DNA of 62,285 nucleotides, filler included, from Aduncisulcus paluster (Eukaryota): the NCBI GenBank assembly GCA_024181965.1. It is 5 parts of 5 records of this genome, joined end to end, with 100 filler letters (N's around TTAATTAATTAA, not from the genome) between each part and the next. Parts side by side here need not be neighbours in the genome. Positions count along the whole stretch, not along the records: positions 29,806 to 46,790 come from BQXS01012754.1; positions 46,891 to 52,685 come from BQXS01012755.1; 3 more parts are not named here. One strand, written 5' to 3'. This document shows positions 36,666 through 47,672 of this stretch, one piece after another; position 1 is the first letter of the stretch, and each line of letters starts with the position of its first letter. The notes under the pieces are model-generated. The model saw only the letters and a program-made list of their open reading frames with translations. It did not search any database and had not been told where the DNA came from. The position numbers and the translations under genes are program-made.

Positions 36666-37340
36666 TCATTCAATTTCAAATCTCACACCAACCTTTTTTT
36701 TCGGTTTTTGATCTTTCACATCAGAGACAGAAAACCTAACACGCGGAAGTGAAGATTCTTCTAATGGCTTCAAATCCTCTTTCCCAGAAACTATCTTGCA
36801 AAGTTTACCAAGCTGAGAACATTTCTCTCTCACGAGAAGCAGAACATCCTCAATCTGTTGCTTCGATTTCTCAATTTGTTTCAAGAGAGATTCATTTGAT
36901 TTATAAAGATCTGAATATGCAGAAAGAACCCTAAGATGGTTTAAAAGGTATAAATAATTGTATGATAAAATTTTTAAATGTGATGTCCGGGCAGGATAAT
37001 GAATTGAAGATGTTTTCCTCTCAAACTGTGGATCTTGAACTATTGTGAGAGATTGAAGTTGAAACATAAATCGAAACAAAATATTTGTTGTATATTCTTT
37101 TAGCATTGTTTTCATAATAGCTGTCGAGGCAGGAGTGCCATATTCATATCTTGCATCTTCAGGGAATCCAGATGGTTTTAACGCAATTGGCGGCTCAATT
37201 TCCAATGTTTTGCCAAATACACGAATTGTTTCTCCATCTGGCGGTATTTTTGGTGGCATAATATCTTTGTATATTGAATCATCTTTAAACAACTCCCATG
37301 TTGGAGGAGGTTCAGGAAAATCGGCTTTATCACTATTCAT
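36666..37340 (-). CDS. MED7: Mediator subunit MED7-like
   Basis: FPEPPP..F, PPKIP...IRVFG and LKIL..NYLYLLNHLR..SAY..L follow the Med7 pattern (PPPP, PP.P..Y..FG, L..N.H.L.N..R..QAR..L). Confidence 0.7.
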   Translation of the reverse strand: MNSDKADFPEPPPTWELFKDDSIYKDIMPPKIPPDGETIRVFGKTLEIEPPIALKPSGFPEDARYEYGTPASTAIMKTMLKEYTTNILFRFMFQLQSLTIVQDPQFERKTSSIHYPARTSHLKILSYNYLYLLNHLRVLSAYSDLYKSNESLLKQIEKSKQQIEDVLLLVREKCSQLGKLCKIVSGKEDLKPLEESSLPRVRFSVSDVKDQKPKKKVGVRFEIE

Positions 37341-37762
37341 ATGGTTTAATATTATAATTTAAGGTAATATCTCGTGTATTTAGTAGGTTCAAGATCACCA
37401 TAAATCTTTGATTGTCGAAAAAGGAATTTCTTCAAAAGTTAACAGAACATAATTTAATCTAATTCATTTCAAGATGAATTTTTTTATTTTATATAGTTAA
37501 ATTAATCTTGATTTCATAAGGATTGAGTAAGTTGAGAAACTCTCTCATCCAATTTTAGATCATTTCATGAATGCTCTCTTATCCCTCTGCTTTTGGAGCA
37601 TTATTTTGAGTGTATGTCTTGAATTATAAAATGTTTTATAGTATAATCATTATTGTGGACTGAAATATATTAATTTTGTTGTTATTATCCTCCTCTATAT
37701 CCCATCTCTGTGATCTTTCTATTTGATCGTGTATTCTTTAATTTAATTTTGTTTTTATAGTA

Positions 37763-38086
37763 ATGAAGTACCTTGCTGCATACCTTCTCGCTTCCCTTGC
37801 CGGTAAAGAACCCACCGCCGACTCCCTTGTTGAATCCCTTAAGAAGGCCAACGTCGAAGATCTCGATGATGCCCAGATTAAGCTCGTCATTGACCAGCTC
37901 AAGGGCAAGAAGATCGAGGATGTTATTGCTGCTGGTAAAGAACGTCTTAGCTCTGTTCCTACTGGTGGTGCTTCTGCTGGTGCCTCTGCTGCTGCTGGTG
38001 CCACTGAAGAGGCTGCCCAGGAGGCTGCTGAGGAGGAAGAGGAGGAAGAGTCTTCTTCTGAAGGTGGTTTCGGAGGTCTCTTCTAA
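37763..38086 (+). CDS. RPLP2: 60S acidic ribosomal protein P2
   Basis: MKYLAAYLLASLAG.., LKGKKIEDVIAAG, an Ala-rich hinge and the EEEE..GFGGLF tail. Confidence 0.96.
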   Translation: MKYLAAYLLASLAGKEPTADSLVESLKKANVEDLDDAQIKLVIDQLKGKKIEDVIAAGKERLSSVPTGGASAGASAAAGATEEAAQEAAEEEEEEESSSEGGFGGLF

Positions 38087-38196
38087 GCCCAATAAATACT
38101 AATAGAAAAATATTGTCATTTTCATTTCAGACATGAAAAATCAATTTGAGAAAAATCATCAATTTTTTTACGCGGGTTTTCTTGTTCGCAAGGAAT

Positions 38197-38782
38197 ATGT
38201 CTCGTCCCACAGTTTTCTTTGATATTAAGATAGGATCCACTTCTGCTGGTCGTATCACTTTTGAGTTGTTCAGTGATGTCGTTCCCAAGACTGCTGAAGT
38301 ATGTTGTTTCTTTCGAGGTTTATTCAAGTTTTTGGAATTATTTTTTGACTTTCTTATTTATTATTATTATTATTTTTTCATAGAACTTCCGTTGTCTTTG
38401 TACTGGTGAGAGAGGAGGTGTTCTTCACTTCAAAGACTCTCCTTTCCATCGTATCATCCCTAACTTCATGTGCCAAGGTGGTGATATCACTCGTGGAGAT
38501 GGTTATGGTGGTAAATCCATCTACGGTGAATCCTTTGAAGACGAGAGCTTCAAGTTCAGACATGACAAACCCTACCTTCTCTCTATGGCCAACCATGGAA
38601 AGAACACCAATGGAAGCCAGTTCTTTATCACTACTGTTCCATGCCCTCACCTCGATGGTGCTCATGTCGTCTTTGGTAAGGTCGTTTCTGGTATCGATGT
38701 TGTTAAGAAGATCGAAAGCCAGGGATCCTCTTCTGGACGTCCCGCCAGAAGGGTTACAATTTCCGATTGTGGTCAATTGTAA
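38197..38782 (+). CDS. Cyclophilin-type peptidyl-prolyl isomerase, two exons (38197-38298, 38384-38782) with an 85-nt intron
   Basis: [66 protein letters not shown]. Intron GTATGT..CATAG at 38299-38383. Confidence 0.95.
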
Positions 38783-38990
38783 GTAAATAAATGATTTGCT
38801 GTTATCATTCATTGCGGTTGTCGCTTTTTTCGCTGCAGGTAGATATAACACCATTATATAGGAATAACCCAACCCAAAATAACAATAAGAATACTTAATT
38901 TATAAAAATTTGTCAATAATTCAAAATGATGCATTGATTTTTGGAATCGAAATTGCAAAAAAAATTTCCAGTTTTGATAAGACATTGAAA

Positions 38991-39593
38991 ATGCAAAAAG
39001 AAGATTTTGGTATTCCAACTCACAGAAAGGGTCATGTTTTGCCTCCTGATGACTTTGCCTATGGATCTGCGGCTAGATCCAAAAGGTTCGAAGATTCTGC
39101 TGCTGCTTGCCTCCAATGGGATGGATCCCGCGCCCAACCCAAAAAAGTAGTGCAAAGAAAGCCTGAAGCTGCTGCTCAAAACCACTTTGTTGGTGAATCA
39201 AAGAAAAAGGTGACTCGGACTTCTCTTCAGCCAAAACGTGCAGAACCCAAAGGTGTTTCTGATCTCCCCTCTGACCATGCTTTTGGGAAGGTTTCTCATG
39301 ATAAACACGACATGAGAGGAATTATCTCCCATGATTATGCTGCAAAAGATGAAAAGAACCCCTCAGAGAAGAAGGCTGCTGCTTACAAGGCCGCGCAAAG
39401 AAAATCTGTCCCTGGAGCCTTCAGAAAACCTGGTCAGCGCCTTGAAACAAAAACTTCTTCCTCCATGTATTCTTCACTTCAGTCAGATATGAAAGAACAA
39501 GCTGAAGCTTTCAAAATGAAACAATTTAAGGATGTAGAAGGCTGTATCTCCAGGTATATTCCCCTTCATGAGCCAAAACCTGAAGATAAATAA
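38991..39593 (+). CDS. Probable axonemal microtubule-inner protein, CFAP77-like
   Basis: Two LP..F.[YF]G repeats (LPPDDFAYG, LPSDHAFG) followed by AA.CLQW and IISHDY resemble the CFAP77 repeats, judged by eye. Confidence 0.5.
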   Translation: MQKEDFGIPTHRKGHVLPPDDFAYGSAARSKRFEDSAAACLQWDGSRAQPKKVVQRKPEAAAQNHFVGESKKKVTRTSLQPKRAEPKGVSDLPSDHAFGKVSHDKHDMRGIISHDYAAKDEKNPSEKKAAAYKAAQRKSVPGAFRKPGQRLETKTSSSMYSSLQSDMKEQAEAFKMKQFKDVEGCISRYIPLHEPKPEDK

Positions 39594-39849
39594 GTTTTTC
39601 ATCATTTATTTTTACAAAATTATCAAAACAACTTCACATATTAAATATCTTATTCTCCTTTCTCGTCCTTTCTAGTTCCGATTGCTTTGAAACTTTAGAT
39701 CTAACGTATTTAAAATAAACGAACAATTTTGACACCTTTCTTTCTTCCTGCTTCTTGAAATATTTCTAATTATTCATTTACTCATGTAAAATTTTCTGTC
39801 AAGTTATTTAATTATGTTCGGCGATCGTTGCAATAAAATACAAATTAAT

Positions 39850-40415
39850 TTAACGCTGAGCCAGAGGATTTGCCCGCATAGAAGGGTTATAAGCAGCCAC
39901 TCCGTGCTCGTATGGAGACCTCAAAGAAGGCCTTGAGGGTTCCTCGGGACGTTTTTCTCCACTTTTGTAATCAAGTAACTTCTTCTTGGTACATGAAGAA
40001 GTGAGACAGGAAGAAAAGAGGAATAGAAGGATAATTAAACCGAACATAATGAATACAACACCGGTAACATAAGTATGGTGGGGTCCCAAAGTTTCTTTTT
40101 TGGTAGAGTTTACAAGAAGAGCTGTTGAACATTCATCATTGTAAACAGTGTCACAGGAATCATATGTACTATCTAACACGGGATTGTAATTGGGAATATA
40201 TTTTTGGGATGTAGCAGCAGCCATTATAATTCCAATTAATAAGAATACACCAGCGGAAATCAGTGAGATCACTAGAAATTAAGAAGAAAACAACACAATG
40301 TAAGAAGTTATTCAAGAGAGTCGAAAAAACAAAATAAGCAAAACATACGAGCAGTTAAATATATTCCCTTGCCTCTGATTTTGAGTTTACCGATATAATC
40401 ACTCAGGATAGACAT
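39850..40415 (-). CDS. Small two-TM membrane protein, two exons (40415-40349, 40271-39850) with a 77-nt intron
   Basis: ATG at 40415. Intron GTATGT..TTCTAG at 40348-40272 restores the frame (..YLTAL|ISLISAG..). Two hydrophobic segments. Confidence 0.7.
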
Positions 40416-40750
40416 GATATTCAGCAAAACATCCTTTTTTTAAAATGTCTCAGAAAGGCAATTAATTCACATCCTGAAGGCGAAAAAGTTTGTAAAATTG
40501 GTTTATTATTACATATATACTTTTATTTCTGTGATAAAATCTTATTAGTAAAACACGATATCTGGAAAAAAAAGTATTTCTATTGGTGATGTATTTACTA
40601 ATTCTATAAAGATAAAGATATACATAAACACCACTATGAATTAAATAATGTTGGAAACCCAAAATAAAGTTCTAAACAAACAACTGGATGCAAAAAAAAT
40701 TCAACCAGAACCGGATTTTAGGTTCTCACACAAAAAAAGAAAATCAACAT

Positions 40751-43045
40751 TTAAGGTTTTCCCTCCATTCTCCTTTTCATTGATAATTTTGAGCTATATG
40801 ATAACGATGGAGATGCATCCGGAGATAAGAACCCGCTCGACTTCACTCCATATTGATGGGGTACCGATTGTTGAACAGGGAAATAAGAAGAAAGTTTAGA
40901 AGGAGAAGGGGGAATTTTATCAACATCATACTCTGCATATGATTGCTGTGGTTGATATTGTTGTTGAGGTGAAGATTCAGAAGAAAAGAGTTTGACTTTC
41001 GGAGAACCCAGGGCAGAATTAATCTGCGATACCCCATGGGTGTACACAGGAGTATCATGCTGTTGATGGCCAGCCATGCTTCCAGAATATTCGACTCTTT
41101 CTTGAACAGAAGCGGCTGCAGCGTCCAATTCTTGCACTTCACGCTGAAGCTCCATTTCTTGTCGAATGAGTTCTTCTTCACGTTTTCTAGCCTCTTCAGA
41201 GAGCTTTTCTTGCATCTTTTGTTGCTCGACGGACACAGATCCATCATCCCGACCTTCTTCAATTGAGCTCAAGTGTGGAGAGAGCGCGCCAACCAGTGAC
41301 ATCGATGGGGCATCCATGGTGGGCGAGGAGACGCCAAACCCGGCCGAAATAAGAGCAGTTGCAGAGGGCTGAGAGCATTCGAGATCCTTGGCCATCTTCT
41401 CACTCACTCTCTTTCTCATCCCACTGAGTCGTGGGTTATCACTGCTTCGAATACGTGAGTACTCGACATTCCATCCATGTTGGGCGGCATATGATGAGTG
41501 AATATGAGAAACAGACTGAGAATGCGGGAATAAGGAGACAGCCAGAGAGGAAGAAGGTGACAATAATTCTGTAGCAAGGTTCAGGTCATGCTCAACGTCC
41601 TCGAGCGAATAATTATAAAATTTATCGCTCTTCTCGCGAATCCGACGACTTTTCTGATGTTCGGCCTTTTCTGCAGCATCAAGTTGTTCCTTCTGCCCTT
41701 TTGTAAGCCACTCTGCCTGGAATGGGAATCGCTGTTGTTCTTTTCTGCTTTGCTCGAAGGTATCAATTTCCTTCTTGACCTTATCAGCAGAAGTAGGAGA
41801 AAGAGTACGTTGTCGGAAAAGCTGAGAACGAGTTAATCCTGCAACATGGTCTAATCTCCTCGTTTCATCGTCATCCCCAAATTTGCCATCGGTGGGATTT
41901 GAACCACCGTCCTCCATGTCGAGATGTTTACGTTGGTGTTCGAGAAGCTTCTTCATCTTTCTATCGTGCAATCTCTTCCGCTCAGAAGCATACTCTCTGA
42001 GCTCCTTTTCAGTGCATTCCTTTGAGATAGCAAGGCTATGAAGCTCTCTATGGGAATCAATTGTGGAGATAAGAGACTGGTATTTTGAGTCGAGCTTGAA
42101 TGAAGAAGACAGGGAAGAAGAAGCGGGGCGGGGGAGTGTAGACGAGACTCCAATGATAGAAGGAATAGCAGCGGGGCGTTTGTGTTTAATATACATCTTT
42201 TCTGACACAATACCACTGCGATGTGGTTGGGGTTGAACTTTGCCAGAATTAGGTCTATCGGTATCATCATGTTCGTGAACATCAGGTTTTTTAACATGAA
42301 CTTGATCATGGGACGCTCCAGCAAGAACTTTTGGTGAAGCTGAATGATCTTCTTTGTCAGCTTTGTCTTGTTCACTCAAAAGGATTTCTCGCCTTTTTTC
42401 TTCATGTTTTTTCATCCTTTCACAACGTTTTTTAATTTCTTTTGAATATTTCTTGTAAGAATCTTCGGTGTATTCCCATTTTACCCCTTGTCGACGTGCC
42501 AACAGTTTTTCTTTCGCATTATCAGCAGCATATGGGCACACAAAGGCTTCAGAAAGACGGGAAGACGGCACAAATGGCTGTTGAGTAAGTGTAGCACGAG
42601 AGTTAGAAGTTGCTGGGCTTGCCAACTTTTCAGGTAAGGATTGGTGCATTCGAGACTGTCTATCCTCATCAGAAGCATATATATGTGCGACACGAGAAGA
42701 GGTAGGCGCTTTGGAAAGCCTGAGAAATACTGAATCCTTTTTAGGAGGCTTCGAAGCTTCCATCTTACTAGAAGAACTATAAGGACTGATGACCTGCATG
42801 GATGAATGACGTTTCATGGCAGCTTCTTTTGCCACTAATGAAGATTTTGTATCTTGTTTTGCCAATCTACAATGCCAACTACTTCCAAAAGGTCTTGGAT
42901 GCAAAGGTTTTGAAGGAGTAGTATTTTGAGAGGTAGAATCAACTTCTTCACTTTTTTTCGGGACATCAATTTTTTTTGATGAACCTGTTATTTGTTTACC
43001 AGATTCTTGCTGGTGTGCTATTTTGTTTGAGCTAGATTCCATCAC
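40751..43045 (-). CDS. Hypothetical protein (Ser-rich, coiled-coil)
   Basis: 764-aa ATG ORF with no recognisable domain. Confidence 0.7.
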   Translation of the reverse strand: MMESSSNKIAHQQESGKQITGSSKKIDVPKKSEEVDSTSQNTTPSKPLHPRPFGSSWHCRLAKQDTKSSLVAKEAAMKRHSSMQVISPYSSSSKMEASKPPKKDSVFLRLSKAPTSSRVAHIYASDEDRQSRMHQSLPEKLASPATSNSRATLTQQPFVPSSRLSEAFVCPYAADNAKEKLLARRQGVKWEYTEDSYKKYSKEIKKRCERMKKHEEKRREILLSEQDKADKEDHSASPKVLAGASHDQVHVKKPDVHEHDDTDRPNSGKVQPQPHRSGIVSEKMYIKHKRPAAIPSIIGVSSTLPRPASSSLSSSFKLDSKYQSLISTIDSHRELHSLAISKECTEKELREYASERKRLHDRKMKKLLEHQRKHLDMEDGGSNPTDGKFGDDDETRRLDHVAGLTRSQLFRQRTLSPTSADKVKKEIDTFEQSRKEQQRFPFQAEWLTKGQKEQLDAAEKAEHQKSRRIREKSDKFYNYSLEDVEHDLNLATELLSPSSSLAVSLFPHSQSVSHIHSSYAAQHGWNVEYSRIRSSDNPRLSGMRKRVSEKMAKDLECSQPSATALISAGFGVSSPTMDAPSMSLVGALSPHLSSIEEGRDDGSVSVEQQKMQEKLSEEARKREEELIRQEMELQREVQELDAAAASVQERVEYSGSMAGHQQHDTPVYTHGVSQINSALGSPKVKLFSSESSPQQQYQPQQSYAEYDVDKIPPSPSKLSSYFPVQQSVPHQYGVKSSGFLSPDASPSLSYSSKLSMKRRMEGKP

Positions 43046-43328
43046 AATTGAAAATATCTAATTATAAAACCGGTATTGAAAAAGAATACACAAAAATTAT
43101 AAATAATTACTATCTTGAATAACTCAAATGTTTGATGTTTAGATTCAAATTCAGATCGGGTTGAGCAAATCTCAAAATTTTCAGTGACGTTGGGGAATAT
43201 CGAATTTCTGAAAGAATGATAAAGTAAATAAAAATTAACCGTTATGTAGAGGCGAAAAAAAGATAAATTGTGCCATTTCATCTTGTTTTGACGGATATAG
43301 AAATTCTGACAAAATTTTCCCCATCTGG

Positions 43329-45566
43329 ATGCGATCTGAACATTCAGAGAGAAGCTTTGGTCAATATTACAAGTATTTAAGAACAAAAATATCTAAAAAC
43401 CTTAATTCTCAATTCTTTTCTTCAGTCGAACACGTAATACCACCTACTCTTTCTATCTCTTCATCTTTTAATTCATTTGACTTACAAGGCCAACAAAAAA
43501 CTTTGTCAAGACAAATATCAGCAACTTCTCACACAGAATTTACTCCATCTCCTTTTCAAGTTAATCCAACACTAACAGAAGAGGTTATACTTCCCAAAAC
43601 CAAATTAGACGTTTATTTATCACACTCATCCCCAAGTTCTCTTCCAGAAACAACAATATTATCCTCTATTTCTCCATCAGATATTTCAAAAATGTATTCC
43701 AAATCAAGAGATAGTTATTCTTTTCAAACAGCCCAATCTGGGTCTATGACGGACAAAAGCTTTTTATCCGAAAGAACCCCCCCTCCAGTGTATTCCAGAG
43801 CAGATACTTTTCAAGATGATAATAGTTGGTTACCCTCTTCAGTTCTGAATCGAGGATCTGCAACATCGTTTAGTTATAAGGACCGCTTTTCACCGCCACC
43901 ATCGCATATTCCAACCGTGCCAAAGATCATTCCTCCTTCAAAGGGGGGATCTGCTGTCAAACCTTCCCCACGTTCCTCTGTATATCCACCTACCAAGGAT
44001 TTATACTCCCGTTCTGCAATGACACTCCGCAGACGGGGGAAAGAAATGCGCAAAGCTGAACAAAAGTTCATGAAAGAGAAACGAGCTGCTAGAATCCGCC
44101 AAGATCAGAGAATTTCACAAGAAACAGAAATCTTAAAACAGCAATATCTTCGAGAGAGCCGTAAACCCCAACACACACCTTCTCGTGTGCAAGCAACAAG
44201 TGTTGCTGTTGATGTTCTCCGAAAGTTGAAAGAGAGTGATCGTCGTCATAGTACAAAGAAGAAAGACGAGGCTCTCCATCCAAATGCACATGGAATTGCC
44301 CGAGAAGCATCCTCCCCCGCCTCATCTCATCACGTTAACGATGCCAAAAGTGTTCCATCTCCCAAGTTCCCTGCAACAGAATCTCCCACCTTCAATAGTT
44401 CGCTCTCATATTTGCAACAGAAAGGAATCAGTCGAGATTTAATATCTCAACGCGTTGACTCTCTCCTTCCCATTACAATTGGCACCATATCTTCCTCCTC
44501 TTCACCTTCCACTCAGCAACCTATGCCATATGTCTCATCAGGCTCATCATCACACCCTCATCCCGTCCATCAACTCCATTCTATCCAACAAATAGCTCCT
44601 CATCCTTCTCTATTGCCCAAAATAGGTCACTCTGGAGATTCTCAAGGACCTATTCTGGGAACAGAGGATGACTATGTTGATTCTCGGAGGCGTGGGCATG
44701 ACACTTCTCTGATATCTCCTTCACATTCAAGAACTTCTTCTTTCTCATCTATGGATCAGACAGCAAATTCTGTGGCTCATACGCTTGTCGAAGGCGCCAG
44801 AGGTGAGAGTCAGAAGCGTGAAAAGCTCTCTCGCAGTGCGATGTCAAGTGCTCGGGCAAGTGAACCCCATGCAGGAGGTGGATCTGGTGGGATTATTCCC
44901 CATACTCAGACTGAAACAAAGAAAGAGGATGGCGGAAGAAGCAGGGCTGTTCGTGATCTTGATGATCCCACTATTTCCCGTCGAACCACAGTGCGGCGTG
45001 ATCTTCACAATGATAATACCAAACGTTCGTCCTCTTCATCCACTCGATCACAGCATCATCACACCTCTTCTGGGCTGTCTCCTTCAAACACAACTCCTGC
45101 TTCTGCTGTTTCATCCAAACCCCACAAACAGCGTCGAGATTCTTCTCACTCTCCAAAAATATCTCGAGTCCTTTCCAATTTGGAAGTTGAGCTCAAGTCT
45201 CATTTATCTGGAATGGAATCCCATTTATGTGATAGAATTGAAGGGTTTGATTGTCGTTTGGTTGTTCTTGAGTCTGCCGTTAGCAAGTTGCGAGTATTGG
45301 CCGAAGGATTGCGGGAAAAGGAAGAAAGATTGGAGGAAAGGAAAAAGAAAGAACAGGAATGGAAAGAGGAAGGAGGAGGCGAGGGAGAACCCATGGAAAT
45401 GAAAGAGGATGGGAAAGCTGAAGAAATTGAGGCAATAATTAAACGAATTTCAGAACAAAAGGCCCATCAAAAAGAGAATAAGACAGAAGAATCGGAGAAT
45501 TTTGAGTCTTGTCTATCTGACGAATCAACTTTCGAAGAGATTCCCTCTGACAAAGATGCCTTGTAA
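43329..45566 (+). CDS. Hypothetical low-complexity protein with a C-terminal coiled coil (start uncertain)
   Basis: 745-aa ORF, divergent from the previous gene. Confidence 0.65.
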   Translation: MRSEHSERSFGQYYKYLRTKISKNLNSQFFSSVEHVIPPTLSISSSFNSFDLQGQQKTLSRQISATSHTEFTPSPFQVNPTLTEEVILPKTKLDVYLSHSSPSSLPETTILSSISPSDISKMYSKSRDSYSFQTAQSGSMTDKSFLSERTPPPVYSRADTFQDDNSWLPSSVLNRGSATSFSYKDRFSPPPSHIPTVPKIIPPSKGGSAVKPSPRSSVYPPTKDLYSRSAMTLRRRGKEMRKAEQKFMKEKRAARIRQDQRISQETEILKQQYLRESRKPQHTPSRVQATSVAVDVLRKLKESDRRHSTKKKDEALHPNAHGIAREASSPASSHHVNDAKSVPSPKFPATESPTFNSSLSYLQQKGISRDLISQRVDSLLPITIGTISSSSSPSTQQPMPYVSSGSSSHPHPVHQLHSIQQIAPHPSLLPKIGHSGDSQGPILGTEDDYVDSRRRGHDTSLISPSHSRTSSFSSMDQTANSVAHTLVEGARGESQKREKLSRSAMSSARASEPHAGGGSGGIIPHTQTETKKEDGGRSRAVRDLDDPTISRRTTVRRDLHNDNTKRSSSSSTRSQHHHTSSGLSPSNTTPASAVSSKPHKQRRDSSHSPKISRVLSNLEVELKSHLSGMESHLCDRIEGFDCRLVVLESAVSKLRVLAEGLREKEERLEERKKKEQEWKEEGGGEGEPMEMKEDGKAEEIEAIIKRISEQKAHQKENKTEESENFESCLSDESTFEEIPSDKDAL

Positions 45567-45741
45567 TCCTTTGAATCAATATCTGATTCAACATTGTATT
45601 TTTACTTTGTTGTTCCTCTTCTTAATATTATGAATTATACAAGAAGCTATAATAATAAAAATTTAATATGAATTAGTATACAGTTATATGTATCTTCTTC
45701 TGGATCTCATAAAATGAATTTGATAGAACAAAGGCAAAAAA

Positions 45742-45870
45742 TCCTTCCACCCGGACTCGAACCAGGAACCCTCTGATTCCTACTGGGAGCATGGAGCCAT
45801 AGGTATTCACCTATAACCACATACGCTCAGGGACTACAGTCAGATGCTCTTCCAATTGAGCTATAGAAGG
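45742..45870 (-). tRNA. tRNA-Tyr(GTA) with a 56-nt intron (45778-45833)
   Basis: Acceptor stem CCTTCTA/TGGAAGG, D-arm GCTC..GAGC, anticodon stem TCTGA/TCAGA and loop CT-GTA-G^A with the intron at 37/38. T-loop GGTTCGAGTCC. A T6 Pol III terminator follows immediately. Confidence 0.95.
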
Positions 45871-46076
45871 AACAACAAAAAAAAATAGAAAAAAAATCTT
45901 CTGGATCTCATTGACTCACCAGAGCCCAATGTGAGATATCTTTAAAATAATAAAATTAATACTACGAATAGATGTATCTTCTTGTTTGGAAATAATGGGG
46001 TGATAGTTCTGTTTTTTTGGTCTTCAGTGAGATTCGCTTTTTTGTTTTCTTTTTTCGTCAACAATATATATTTACA

Positions 46077-46790
46077 ATGCAATCTTCTTCTATTTGGTTG
46101 TTTTGCACCTTCTTGATTATTTTGCCTTTCATTTCATGTGAGTTAGGATGCAGAAATCAAAGTGGGAAATCCATCGATTGGTTCATTGCCATGAAAGCTC
46201 CAATGCTCCAAGACCATTCTGAAGAATATGTGCAAGATGGATTTGGATACACTTATTTGGACGTTTCTTCCAAACAATTTAAATTTTCTCCATATTCTCT
46301 CCAAGATAGCAATGGAGGAGCCTTAACCTTAACCCTTTCACAAATTTATGGTCTTTCTGATTATGATGAAACCGTTGTCATTATGTATAACGATGAGCAT
46401 GATGATGGAACCTCAGATTCTTACAAGGCTCATGCTAAAGGTGTTATTGCCTTTGATGTGAGTTCTGGTACCGGTTTCTGGCTTGTTCACTCGGTTCCAT
46501 CTTTCCCTCACTCTCCATTTACCGAGGACACTTATCAATACCCTGATGATGAGGCTATTTATGGACAATCTTTCCTCTGTATGGATGTGAATGCAGACAT
46601 TTTGAATGACACTGTTTCTCAATATCTTTATGATATTTACCCTTCTTATTATGTCAAAAATCTCCCCACCGTCGGTGAACAGACTCTTTCCGAATTCTAT
46701 TCCATTGTCAGCAAGGTATCTCACACCACAAAGTCCACAGCTGAATTACTCCCATTCTCCTCAAGAGGTGGGTACAACTTCCTTATCTTT
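46077..46790 (+). CDS. Deoxyribonuclease II (PLD superfamily), signal peptide, 3' truncated by contig end
   Basis: CRNQSGKSIDWFIAMK.P, YNDE, AHAKGV, GFWLVHSVPSFP and YGQSFLC. Confidence 0.9.
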
Positions 46791-46890
46791 NNNNNNNNNN
46801 NNNNNNNNNNNNNNNNNNNNNNNNNNNNNNNNNNTTAATTAATTAANNNNNNNNNNNNNNNNNNNNNNNNNNNNNNNNNNNNNNNNNNNN
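46791..46890. other. Artificial contig spacer
   Basis: N-run + TTAATTAATTAA + N-run. Confidence 0.97.
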
Positions 46891-47672
46891 AAGAGAGGAA
46901 ACGAAAAGCAGAAGAGGAGGAATGCAAGAGAAAAGAAGAAGAAGAGAGGAAACGAAAGGCAGAAGAAGAGAGGAATGCAAGAGAAAAGAAGAAGAAGAGA
47001 AGAAACGAAAGGCAGAAGAAGAAGAGGAACGTAAGCGAAAGAAGAAGAAGAGAAGAAACGAAAGGCAGAAGAAGAAGAGGAACGTAAGCAAAAGAAGAAG
47101 AAGAGAGGAAACGAAAGGCAGAAGAAGAAGAGGAATGCAAGAGAAAAGAAGAAGAAGAGAAGAAACGAAAGGCAGAAGAAGAAGAGGAACGTAAGCGAAA
47201 GCAAGAAGAAGAGAGGAAACGAAAAGCAGAAGAGGAGGAATGCAAGAGAAAAGAAGAAGAAGAGAGGAAACGAAAGGCAGAAGAAGAAGAGGAACGCAAG
47301 AGAAAAGAAGAAGAAGAGAAGAAGCGAAAGGCAGAAGAAGAAGAGGAACGTAAGCGAAAGCAAGAAGAAGAGAGGAAACGAAAAAGAAGAAGAGGAATGC
47401 AAGAGAAAAGAAGAAGAAGAGAGGAAACGAAAGGCAGAAGAAGAAGAGGAACGTAAGCGAAAGCAAGAAGAAGAGAGGAAACGAAAAGCAGAAGAGGAGG
47501 AATGCAAGAGAAAAGAAGAAGAAGAGAGGAAACGAAAGGCAGAAGAAGAAGAGGAACGCAAGAGAAAAGAAGAAGAAGAGAAGAAGCGAAAGGCAGAAGA
47601 AGAAGAGGAACGTAAGCGAAAGCAAGAAGAAGAGAGGAAACGAAAAGCAGAAGAGGAGGAACGCAAGAGAAA
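46891..47672 (+). repeat. Purine-rich coding minisatellite (~24-30-nt variants of GAAGAAGAGGAACGNAAGNGAAA with higher-order periodicity)
   Basis: Units such as GAGAGGAAACGAAAGGCAGAAGAAGAAGAGGAACG are visibly repeated. Confidence 0.9.

Noticed and set aside
37685..38872. Long antisense or alternate-frame ORFs over RPLP2 and cyclophilin (also over NACA, kinesin and PFOR)
   Set aside because: Shadow ORFs caused by strong codon bias in highly expressed genes; no protein-like motifs
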